Source: Prevotella sp. UBA7551 (GTDB lineage: Bacteria; Bacteroidota; Bacteroidia; Bacteroidales; Bacteroidaceae). Taken from it: a DNA stretch of 64,000 nt. Shown here piece by piece: positions 39,404-48,486 of this stretch. A model generated the notes under the pieces. That model had not been told where the DNA came from. It made no database searches and saw nothing but the letters and a program-made list of their open reading frames with translations. Location: the NCBI GenBank assembly GCA_002479145.1, contig DLLX01000017.1:18872-82871 (forward strand), read 5' to 3'. The position numbers and the translations under genes were made by a program. Numbering within the stretch: position 1 is the stretch's first letter; every line of letters begins with the position of its first letter.

Positions 39404-40096
39404 ATGGACAACAGTAAAAAGCAGGTGAGTGTGCTGTTTATGCTTTTCAGCATCCTCTTTTGCGTTTGCCTGATTGCGGCAAACACGTTTGAAACAAAGC
39501 AAATCTCAGTTTTTGGAATCAGTCTTACGGGCGGGCTTATCGTCTTCCCTGTGAGCTACATCATCAACGATTGCGTCTGCGAAGTATGGGGCTACAGCAA
39601 GGCAAGGCTGCTCATCTGGACGGGTTTCGCAATGAACTTCTTCTTTGTAGCCATGGGTGCGCTATGCGATGCCATCCCCGGGGCAGCCTATTGGAATAAC
39701 GATGCCGGCTTCCATGCCGTTTTCGGACTTGCCCCACGCATCGCCCTCGCCTCCTTCGTGGCCTTCATCATCGGGAGTTTTGCCAACGCCTATGTCATGA
39801 GTCGCATGAAACTGCACGACGGGGCACGCCGCTTCTCCGCCCGAGCCATCCTCTCCACCGTGGCAGGCGAGAGCCTTGACTCGTTCGTCTTCTTCCCATT
39901 GGCCCTCGGCGGCGTGGTGCCGGCCGATGAATTGCCCAAGTTGATGCTCTGGCAAGTGGTGCTCAAAACGGCCTATGAGGTCGTCGCGCTGCCCGTCACC
40001 ATCCGTGTGGTCCGCGCTTTGAAGCGTCACGAGGGCGATACCTACGACAGAGACGTAAACTACAACATCTTCAAAATCTTCGACCTTCAACGCTAA
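39404..40096 (+). CDS. yhhQ: Queuosine precursor transporter (YhhQ/Vut_1 family)
   Basis: FPVSYIINDCVCEVWG, PRIALASFVAF and RAILSTVAGESLDS; preQ1 riboswitch upstream and queF downstream. Confidence 0.9.
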   Translation: MDNSKKQVSVLFMLFSILFCVCLIAANTFETKQISVFGISLTGGLIVFPVSYIINDCVCEVWGYSKARLLIWTGFAMNFFFVAMGALCDAIPGAAYWNNDAGFHAVFGLAPRIALASFVAFIIGSFANAYVMSRMKLHDGARRFSARAILSTVAGESLDSFVFFPLALGGVVPADELPKLMLWQVVLKTAYEVVALPVTIRVVRALKRHEGDTYDRDVNYNIFKIFDLQR

Positions 40097-40257
40097 ATCG
40101 CTTTCAGGGCATACTGGAAGATGAGCTGGACGTGTCAGCTCGGGACGCGGCTTTGAGCAACCACCGTCCCCAAGCTGTCCGAGCCACATGGGCATACATA
40201 ACCTATTGCTTATCAGAAGGTTAAGGTTGATATAGAAAAGGAAGTCAAAAAGGATGA

Positions 40258-40318
40258 GTTTTTAATTTATTTTTCTGAGATTTTTAAATTAAAAATAGCG
40301 GAAAAATAAATTAAAAAT
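40258..40318. repeat. AT-rich array, three 17-bp units at 22-bp period (copy B)
   Basis: GTTTTTAATTTATTTTT-ctgag-ATTTTTAAATTAAAAAT-agcgg-AAAAATAAATTAAAAAT. Confidence 0.8.
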
Positions 40319-40435
40319 ATCAGCAATACCATCCCTATCATGCGACCAACCCTGTGGGGTGGGTACACAAAACAAGGGGAAAGGGCATACCACTCCAACC
40401 AATGGCTTACCCCATCCTCACCAAATTATTGCATT

Positions 40436-40900
40436 ATGGAGAAAAACAAAAGAGAAGAAGAAGGGCTGCATGCCCTGGGCAAGAAGACCCAATACCGGAT
40501 GGACTATGCGCCCGAGGTGCTGGAGACGTTTGAGAACAAGCACCCAGATAACGACTATTGGGTACGCTTCAACTGCCCCGAATTTACCAGTCTGTGCCCC
40601 ATTACGGGACAACCCGACTTTGCAGAAATCCGCATCAGCTACATCCCCGAGCAGCGGATGGTGGAAAGCAAGAGCCTGAAACTCTATCTGTTCAGCTTCA
40701 GGAACCACGGCGACTTCCACGAAGACTGTGTAAACATCATCATGAAGGACCTCATCCGCCTCATGCAACCGAAGTATATCGAGATCACGGGGCTGTTTAC
40801 GCCGCGCGGGGGCATCAGCATTTGGCCGTATGCCAACTATGGTCAGCCCGGCACAAAGTATGAGCAGCTGGCCGAACGACGTCTCATGAGCCACGAATAG
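40436..40900 (+). CDS. queF: NADPH-dependent preQ0 reductase (preQ1 synthase)
   Basis: [30 protein letters not shown] and PRGGI. Confidence 0.95.
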   Translation: MEKNKREEEGLHALGKKTQYRMDYAPEVLETFENKHPDNDYWVRFNCPEFTSLCPITGQPDFAEIRISYIPEQRMVESKSLKLYLFSFRNHGDFHEDCVNIIMKDLIRLMQPKYIEITGLFTPRGGISIWPYANYGQPGTKYEQLAERRLMSHE

Positions 40901-40996
40901 CTACACCCGGACACTCCCAGCTTGTCAATTTTCTTACGAACAGGTGGCCAGCACACTGGGCATCAGTCGCCTTTGTGCTCACCCAATGGGTGGGCA

Positions 40997-41800
40997 CTAA
41001 AGGTCCTTCTCCTGCTTGTTCACCGCCTCCTGTGCCTTGCGGTTGGCCTCTGTGGCACTGGCCTTACGGTGATACTGCATCACTTTCTTTCCAAACTGAG
41101 CGGCCATGGAGTCGGCTGAGAGGTAGACCATGCGCCCGTCATCATGTCCCACGGAGTCGTTGGGAATGCGATTCCCCTGTGCATCGACCGTGTCCTTATA
41201 AATATAGAGCCAGCCATTGTAGATATGCCAGCCCGTATAGACCGTCACGGTGGGGTAATACACCGGGCTTTCGTCCTCGAGCGTATTTTGCTTCTGCACA
41301 TATCCCACAGGCGAGGCGAGATTGTGGCTCATCAGCGTGAAGCCATACTCGCGCGGAACGAAGAGCACCGCCTTCATCGAGTCGGTCATCTCGGCCATGA
41401 TTTGCTCCTCGGTCTTAGTGGCACTGGGCTTCAGCTTCGGCAGTACCTGAAAGGTCCATGTGCCCTTGAGTTGCTCCAAGTCTATCACTTCCAGCGCCTC
41501 ATTCTTGTTGTGGGGATTGACCAAGACGGCCACTTCGTCACCGATGGTGATTTCGCCGAAGACCTGCTTGTTCTTCATCGCATTGACAATGTTGTAGCGC
41601 ACCGGGTCGCCCCCCTCGTTGCGGAGCACCACGATGACAGAGTCGGAGCAGCCGTCGCAAGCCAGCCCGTAAACGGTATGGTCGCCCTTGAGGCGCACCT
41701 CGTCGGAGATGGCGCCCTGGTCGCCGCTGGTCGCCGTGTCATTGCAAGCCACAAGAACGGCTAACGCAAAGAAAATCAATGGATAGAGTATTCGTTTCAT
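40997..41800 (-). CDS. Conserved hypothetical lipoprotein
   Basis: Lipobox VLVAC and DHTVYGLACDGCSDS (CxxC); upstream TATCTTTG. Confidence 0.75.
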   Translation of the reverse strand: MKRILYPLIFFALAVLVACNDTATSGDQGAISDEVRLKGDHTVYGLACDGCSDSVIVVLRNEGGDPVRYNIVNAMKNKQVFGEITIGDEVAVLVNPHNKNEALEVIDLEQLKGTWTFQVLPKLKPSATKTEEQIMAEMTDSMKAVLFVPREYGFTLMSHNLASPVGYVQKQNTLEDESPVYYPTVTVYTGWHIYNGWLYIYKDTVDAQGNRIPNDSVGHDDGRMVYLSADSMAAQFGKKVMQYHRKASATEANRKAQEAVNKQEKDL

Positions 41801-41948
41801 TTTGTCTATTTGGCTGCAAAGATAGCCAAAAACTGCTAAAAAAGATAATGAGGGGGCGCATTTTGGGATATTTTACCTAATTTTGCAACTCGTATGGCTA
41901 CACGGTAACCAACTTTTTGTTTTGAGGAAGAAATTGAATTCAATTTAT

Positions 41949-43724
41949 ATGAAAAGAAAGATTCAGTTCAGTCTCGTCTATCGGGACATGTGGCAAAGTT
42001 CAGGAAAATTCCAACCGCGTAAGGATCAGTTGGAGCGCATAGCTCCCGTTATCATCGACATGGGTTGCTTCTCCCGTGTGGAGACCAATGGCGGCGCATT
42101 CGAGCAAGTCAGCCTGTTGGCCGGTGAGAACCCTAACGAGGCTGTCCGTGCCTTCTGCAAGCCCTTCAATGAGGTGGGAATCAAAACGCATATGCTCGAC
42201 CGCGGCCTCAACGCGCTGCGTATGTACCCCGTGCCCGATGACGTTCGCGCAATGATGTACCGCGTAAAGCACGCACAGGGAGTGGACATTCCCCGCATCT
42301 TCGACGGTCTGAACGACATCCGCAACATAGCCCCGTCCATCCGATGGGCCAAGGAGGCGGGCATGACCCCGCAGGGCACGCTCTGCATCACTACCTCCCC
42401 GATCCACACATTGGAGTATTACGCCAAGCTCGCCGACGAGGAGATCGCCGCCGGGGCGGAGGAAATCTGCCTCAAGGACATGGCCGGAATCGGCCAGCCG
42501 ACGTTCCTTGGCCAGCTCACAAAGATGATCAAGGACAAGCATCCCGACATCGTCATTGAGTACCATGGCCACTCGGGCCCTGGTCTGTCTATGGCTTCCG
42601 TGCTGGAGGTGTGTAAGAACGGCTGCGACATCATCGATACAGCCATCGAGCCGCTATCGTGGGGCAAGGTCCATCCGGACATCATCTCCGTGCAGAGCAT
42701 GCTCCGCCATGCCGGTTTCGACGTGGCCGACATCAACATGGACGCTTACATGAAGGCCCGCGCCTTGACACAGGAGTTCATAGACGAGTGGCTCGGCTAC
42801 TTCATCAACCCGCAAAACAAAATCATGAGCTCGCTGCTCCTGACCTGTGGGCTGCCGGGTGGCATGATGGGGTCGATGATGTCTGACCTCGGTGGCATCC
42901 GTACCACCATCAACAACCTGCGCCGCAAGAAGGGCGAAAAGGAGCTGTCCACCGACGACCTGCTCATCAAGCTGTTTGACGAGGTGGCTTATGTATGGCC
43001 GCGCGTGGGATACCCACCCCTCGTCACGCCGTTCTCACAGTACACCAAGAACATCGCGCTGCTGAATCTCCTCACCCTCGAGCAGGGCAAAGGCCGCTTC
43101 GTGATGATGGACGACTCCATGTGGGGCATGATTCTCGGCCGCAGCGGCCGTGTGCCTGGCGAGATTGCGCCCGAAATCAAGGAAATCGCAGAAAAGAAGG
43201 GGCTGCAATTCACTGACGCCGACCCACACACGCTGTTGAAGAATGCGCTGCCCGACTTCCGCAAGGAATTGGCCGACAACGGATGGGATGCCGGACAGGA
43301 CGAGGAAGAGCTGTTTGAGCTCGCCATGCACCCCGAACAGTACCGCAACTACAAGAGCGGACAGGCCAAGAAGAACTTCCTGGCCGACCTTCAGGCAGCA
43401 AAGGACAAAGCGCAAGGCGCAAAGATGAGCATCGAAGAGGCCACGGCCTTCAAGCACGCCAAGGCCGATGCCATCGTGTCGCCCGTCAGAGGACAGGTAT
43501 TCTGGGAGTTTCAGGGCGACGCAGAGGCCACTCCCGCCATCGAGCCTTACATTGGCAAGGAGTACAACGAGGGCGATGCGTTCTGCTACATCCTGACCCC
43601 GTGGGGCGAATTTGAGACCATTCCCGCCAGTCTGGGCGGCAAATTGGTGGAGATAAACGCCAAGCAGGGAGCCAAAGTACGCAAGGGCGACGTGATAGCC
43701 TACATACAAAGGAAAGAAAAATAA
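41949..43724 (+). CDS. Oxaloacetate decarboxylase alpha / pyruvate carboxylase B-like carboxyltransferase
   Basis: RDMWQS, GGAFE, CLKDMAG, HGH, PGGM and GYPPLVTPFSQ; C-terminal biotinyl-like fold. Confidence 0.88.
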   Translation: MKRKIQFSLVYRDMWQSSGKFQPRKDQLERIAPVIIDMGCFSRVETNGGAFEQVSLLAGENPNEAVRAFCKPFNEVGIKTHMLDRGLNALRMYPVPDDVRAMMYRVKHAQGVDIPRIFDGLNDIRNIAPSIRWAKEAGMTPQGTLCITTSPIHTLEYYAKLADEEIAAGAEEICLKDMAGIGQPTFLGQLTKMIKDKHPDIVIEYHGHSGPGLSMASVLEVCKNGCDIIDTAIEPLSWGKVHPDIISVQSMLRHAGFDVADINMDAYMKARALTQEFIDEWLGYFINPQNKIMSSLLLTCGLPGGMMGSMMSDLGGIRTTINNLRRKKGEKELSTDDLLIKLFDEVAYVWPRVGYPPLVTPFSQYTKNIALLNLLTLEQGKGRFVMMDDSMWGMILGRSGRVPGEIAPEIKEIAEKKGLQFTDADPHTLLKNALPDFRKELADNGWDAGQDEEELFELAMHPEQYRNYKSGQAKKNFLADLQAAKDKAQGAKMSIEEATAFKHAKADAIVSPVRGQVFWEFQGDAEATPAIEPYIGKEYNEGDAFCYILTPWGEFETIPASLGGKLVEINAKQGAKVRKGDVIAYIQRKEK

Positions 43725-43898
43725 GAACCGTCCACCCTTCCACCGCATCACCACTGGGAGGGAAGGCGGACGAGCACTGTCTTTTCTCTCAGCGACAATG
43801 AGGCCATAAGCTGCGCGTACTGGCGTTCACGCCTTACTATTGAGCGCACCTACCCGGTGACAATGCGCTATGAAAAGGCGGTACAAACCCATCCGACG

Positions 43899-44447
43899 AT
43901 GGACTTTCAGAAAATCATAGACCAATATTATCCAGAGGAGAATGCGTTGCGGCGCATTCTCCTTATACATAGTCGGCAAGTGGCGGAGCGGGCCTTGCGC
44001 ATCGTGGAGGCTCATCCCGAGCTGAAACTCGATGGGCAATTTGTCCAAGAGGCGGCCATGCTCCACGACATCGGCATCTTTCTTTGCGACGCGCCAGGCA
44101 TAGAGTGCCATGGCAAGGAGCCTTATATCTGCCACGGAAGATTGGGAGCAGAGCTGCTACGCAAGGCAGGTTATCCGCGACACGCACGCGTATGCGAGCG
44201 GCATACGGGCGCTGGACTGACCAAGAAGGAAATCATAGCACAGCATCTGCCCCTCCCCGCACAAGACTTCCTGCCCGAAACGATGGAGGAAAAGCTGATC
44301 TGCTATGCCGACAAGTTCTACTCCAAGAGCCACCTCGACAAGGTGAAGACCAAGGAGCAAGCCGAGCACAGCCTTTCAAAATATGGCAAAGAGGGCGTGG
44401 CACGCTTCCGCGAGTGGCAACGGCTCTTTGAACCCGACATCAAATGA
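43899..44447 (+). CDS. HD-domain (HDIG) phosphohydrolase
   Basis: HS...AMLHDIG, CERHTGAG and EKLICYADKF. Confidence 0.88.
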   Translation: MDFQKIIDQYYPEENALRRILLIHSRQVAERALRIVEAHPELKLDGQFVQEAAMLHDIGIFLCDAPGIECHGKEPYICHGRLGAELLRKAGYPRHARVCERHTGAGLTKKEIIAQHLPLPAQDFLPETMEEKLICYADKFYSKSHLDKVKTKEQAEHSLSKYGKEGVARFREWQRLFEPDIK

Positions 44448-44463
44448 CGGACATGCCCACCCT

Positions 44464-47400
44464 ATGAAAATAGAAGAACTACGCCACCTCTTTGCCTCGC
44501 TACCCCAACAGGGTGTGCTGGCCAAGCTGCTCCAGGACGACAAGGTGCGCCACATCTGCCTCAACGGACTCGTGGCATCGGCCCCCGCCACATTCTTCGC
44601 AGCCTTTGCTGAACAGAGTCCACACCCCATTCTCTTCATACTTGACGATGCCGACGCGGCAGGCTATTTCTACAACGACCTCAAGGCACTGGGCATAGAA
44701 GCCCTACTCTTCCCCTCCTCGTACCGACGTGCCGTGAAATACGGGCAACGGGATGCTGGAAGCGAAATCTTGCGGACGGAGACAATGGCCGCACTGGCCA
44801 CGCAAGACGCCAAAGCGAAACCGCTCTACATCGTCACCGAGCCTTCGGCACTGGCTGAGCGGGTGGTTTCGAAAGAGCATCTGGATGACAACACCATCCG
44901 ACTGGAGACGGGGCAGCAGGTGGATGTGGTGGAGTTGCAGAAGCGGCTGCGCACGTTGGGATTCCAAGAGGTGGACTATGTGTATGAGCCTGGGCAGTTC
45001 GCAGTGCGCGGAAGCATACTTGACATCTATTCGTATAGCTCGGAATATCCGTTCAGAGTCGATTTCTTCGGCGATGAAATCGACACGCTCCGCACCTTTG
45101 AGGTAGAGACTCAGCTTTCGCTTCAAAAACGCCAACAGTTGGAGATTGTGCCCGAGCTGGCCAAAGAAGATAACGGACGGCTGACCACTTTCCTGCAACT
45201 GCTTCCCAAGGAGACCCTCATAGTGACGAAAGACATACACTATGTGGCAGATTGTATCGGCAAAGTGTTTGACGAGGGATTCTCCAAAAGCGCGCTGGCC
45301 GAACAGACGGAGGGAAAGAGCGAGATGGAACAGGAAACCATACGCCAGCAGTTGCAGGCCGAAAGCAAACTTGTGGGGCGCGGACTTTTCCTTACCGACA
45401 CGCAGAACTTTAAGCTCATAGAGACGGGATGTGCCCCGACACACACGGCGGACGCAACGATAGACTGCCCGACATCACCACAAACCATTTTTCATAAGAA
45501 CTTCGACCTCCTCATACAAACGCTCCGCAACGATGAAGCTGCAGGAAGAAAGGTATTCATCCTTGCCGACAGCCAGAAGCAGACAGAGCGTCTGCGGGAG
45601 ATTTTTGCCTCGAAGGTCACTGAGAGCGGCGGGGCGCCTGTGTCGTTCACGCCTGTTGACCGCACCCTACACGAGGGGTTCAACGACGAGACACTGGGGC
45701 TGAGCCTCTACACAGACCATCAGATATTCGACCGATTCCATAAATACACACTTCGCTCGGACAAAGCAAAGCAGGGAAAGATGGCCCTGACGATGAAGGA
45801 GTTGCGGGAAATGGAGCCGGGCGACTTTGTGGTGCATGTCGACTTGGGCATTGGCAAGTTCGCAGGGCTGGTCCGCGTGCCGACAGGAAACAGCTATCAG
45901 GAGATGATACGGCTGGTCTACCAGCATGGCGACATTGCCGACGTCTCCATACACTCGCTCTACAAAATCAGCAAATACCGCAGCGCCGAGACCGGTGAGC
46001 CGCCCCGTCTCTCGCTTCTTGGTTCAGGAGCGTGGAACAGGCTCAAGGAAAAAGCCAAGAAGCGCATCAAAGACATTGCGCGCGACCTCATCAAGCTCTA
46101 TGCCAAACGCCGACACGAGCGCGGATTCGCCTTCTCGCCAGACAACTACATGCAGCACGAGCTGGAGGCTTCGTTTCTCTACGAGGACACACCAGACCAG
46201 CTGAAATCGACGCAGCAGGTGAAGCACGACATGGAAAGTCCTCGGCCGATGGACCGGTTGGTCTGTGGCGACGTGGGATTCGGAAAGACGGAGGTCGCCA
46301 TACGCGCAGCGTTCAAAGCAGTGTGCGACAATAAGCAGGTCGCAGTGCTTGTTCCGACAACTGTACTGGCCTTTCAGCACTTCAAAACTTTCTCCAAGCG
46401 GCTGCAAGACATGCCAGTTCGCGTCGATTACCTGTCGCGAGCACGCACTGCCAAGCAAACTCGGCAAGTGACGGAGGATTTGGCAGCAGGGAAAATCGAC
46501 ATTCTCGTGGGAACACACAAGCTGATTGGCAAGTCGGTGAAGTGGAAAGACCTTGGGTTGCTGATTATAGATGAGGAGCAGAAGTTTGGTGTGGCGACGA
46601 AGGAGAAGCTTCGTCAACTGAAAACCAACGTCGATACACTCACGCTGTCGGCTACCCCCATACCGCGGACGCTGCAGTTCTCACTCATGGGGGCACGGGA
46701 CATGAGCATCATGCGCACCCCACCACCCAACCGATACCCTATCCAAACGGAGATTTCGACGTTCTCGAGCGAGATCATTGCCGATGCCATCAACTTCGAG
46801 ATGAGCCGTGGGGGACAGGTGTTCTTTGTCAATGACCGCATTGCAGGCCTTGCCCCGATAGCAGAGCTAATCCATAAGTATGTGCCTGACTGCCGGGTGG
46901 GCATCGGGCATGGGCAGATGTCACCAGAGGAGTTGGAGAAAGTCGTAATAGGATTCATGAACTACGATTACGACGTGCTGCTCTCGACGACCATCGTGGA
47001 GAACGGCATTGACATTCCCAACGCCAACACCATCATCATCAACGACGCCCACCGCTTCGGCCTGTCGGACCTCCACCAGATGCGCGGCCGGGTGGGAAGG
47101 TCGAACAAGAAGGCGTTTTGCTACCTGCTCGCACCGCCTTTGGCCAATCTGCCGGCCGATGCGCGCCGCCGTCTGGAGGCACTGGAGACGTTCTCCGAGC
47201 TGGGAAGCGGTTTTTCCATCGCCATGCAGGACCTCGACATACGTGGTGCGGGCAACCTGCTGGGGGCGGAACAAAGCGGATTCATGGAGGACTTGGGCTA
47301 CGAGACCTACCAGAAGATTCTCTCACAAGCCGTGACAGAACTCAGAAACGACGAGTTTCAAGACCTCTATGCAGAGCAAATCGCACAGGGTGAGGCCATT

Positions 47401-47877
47401 TCGGGTGACGACTTCGTCGATGACTGTGCGGTGGAGAGCGACTTGGAAATGTATTTCCCCGACAACTACGTGCCAGGATCATCGGAAAGGATGCTGCTGT
47501 ACAGAGAGTTGGACAACATGGAAAGCGACAAGGAGCTGGAAGCTTACCGCCAGCGGCTCATCGACCGATTCGGTCCCGTGCCTAAGCAGGGAGAGGAGCT
47601 GATGCTCATCGTGCCACTTCGAAGGATGGGGAGACGGCTGGGATGCGAGAAGATCATCCTCCGTCAGGGGCGGATGCAGATGCAATTTGTCTCCAATGTA
47701 GAGAGCCCATTCTACCAAAGCACCACCTTTGGACACGTCATCGACTACATCGGGCATCATCCGCGGCGCTGCAACCTGAAGGAGAAGAACGGGAAACGGT
47801 GGATGATAGTGTCGCAAGTGGACTCGGTGAGGGAAGCCGTGAAAATACTGAGAGGCATAGATGCCGAGGATAAATAG
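44464..47877 (+). CDS. mfd: Transcription-repair coupling factor
   Basis: GQFAVRGSILD, CGDVGFGKTEVA, DEEQKFG, SATPIPRT and QMRGRVGRS. Confidence 0.97.
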   Translation: MKIEELRHLFASLPQQGVLAKLLQDDKVRHICLNGLVASAPATFFAAFAEQSPHPILFILDDADAAGYFYNDLKALGIEALLFPSSYRRAVKYGQRDAGSEILRTETMAALATQDAKAKPLYIVTEPSALAERVVSKEHLDDNTIRLETGQQVDVVELQKRLRTLGFQEVDYVYEPGQFAVRGSILDIYSYSSEYPFRVDFFGDEIDTLRTFEVETQLSLQKRQQLEIVPELAKEDNGRLTTFLQLLPKETLIVTKDIHYVADCIGKVFDEGFSKSALAEQTEGKSEMEQETIRQQLQAESKLVGRGLFLTDTQNFKLIETGCAPTHTADATIDCPTSPQTIFHKNFDLLIQTLRNDEAAGRKVFILADSQKQTERLREIFASKVTESGGAPVSFTPVDRTLHEGFNDETLGLSLYTDHQIFDRFHKYTLRSDKAKQGKMALTMKELREMEPGDFVVHVDLGIGKFAGLVRVPTGNSYQEMIRLVYQHGDIADVSIHSLYKISKYRSAETGEPPRLSLLGSGAWNRLKEKAKKRIKDIARDLIKLYAKRRHERGFAFSPDNYMQHELEASFLYEDTPDQLKSTQQVKHDMESPRPMDRLVCGDVGFGKTEVAIRAAFKAVCDNKQVAVLVPTTVLAFQHFKTFSKRLQDMPVRVDYLSRARTAKQTRQVTEDLAAGKIDILVGTHKLIGKSVKWKDLGLLIIDEEQKFGVATKEKLRQLKTNVDTLTLSATPIPRTLQFSLMGARDMSIMRTPPPNRYPIQTEISTFSSEIIADAINFEMSRGGQVFFVNDRIAGLAPIAELIHKYVPDCRVGIGHGQMSPEELEKVVIGFMNYDYDVLLSTTIVENGIDIPNANTIIINDAHRFGLSDLHQMRGRVGRSNKKAFCYLLAPPLANLPADARRRLEALETFSELGSGFSIAMQDLDIRGAGNLLGAEQSGFMEDLGYETYQKILSQAVTELRNDEFQDLYAEQIAQGEAISGDDFVDDCAVESDLEMYFPDNYVPGSSERMLLYRELDNMESDKELEAYRQRLIDRFGPVPKQGEELMLIVPLRRMGRRLGCEKIILRQGRMQMQFVSNVESPFYQSTTFGHVIDYIGHHPRRCNLKEKNGKRWMIVSQVDSVREAVKILRGIDAEDK

Positions 47878-47916
47878 AAAAAGGGCAAGCCCGAACTGCT
47901 GGACTTGCCCTTTCTT
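47878..47916. terminator. Terminator between convergent genes
   Basis: AAAGGGCAAG / CTTGCCCTTT stem. Confidence 0.7.
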
Positions 47917-48009
47917 ATGGATAGAACAATATACTTAATCGGGGAAGATGGGCACCTGTAGCCTATCGCTTTTCGGTAGAGGTACAGGCTCTTCCAGTGA
48001 TGAAGCGCA

Positions 48010-48339
48010 CTACATGGTTTCGCAATTAGTCTGCTCACCTGGAGCAATCACTTCGTCTGCTGTCATCACGCGCGTCTTGTATCCAATCTTCTCCAGCTGC
48101 TTCTGCAACTTCTCAAGACTCGTCTTGTCCGCATCATAGACAATGACGACTTTCTGCTTCTCGGCAGATGGCTGGATGTCTTTCACGCCCTTGACAAAGC
48201 GAAGGGCCTCCCGAATATGGTTTTCGCACTTCTCGCACTTCATTTGCGGAGTGGTTGTCAAGATAACCGTCTTGATGTCCTTGGCCGAGACTGCCACAAC
48301 AGACAACAGCATCAGCAAAAATCCTACTACTCTTTTCAT
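48010..48339 (-). CDS. Exported heavy-metal-associated (HMA) domain protein
   Basis: Signal peptide, MKCEKC, KGVK and KIGY. Confidence 0.85.
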   Translation of the reverse strand: MKRVVGFLLMLLSVVAVSAKDIKTVILTTTPQMKCEKCENHIREALRFVKGVKDIQPSAEKQKVVIVYDADKTSLEKLQKQLEKIGYKTRVMTADEVIAPGEQTNCETM

Positions 48340-48486
48340 TTTTTCTCTCTTTTATTGATATTCGTTTTATCAACTATATAACGCCTTAGGCTGGCTGATA
48401 TTTCATTTCAAACATATAAAACATGGAAGAAGGTGAAGCCGGAGCGTGGTCATGGGACAACACGTTCGGGCTTCAGCTGCATAGCT

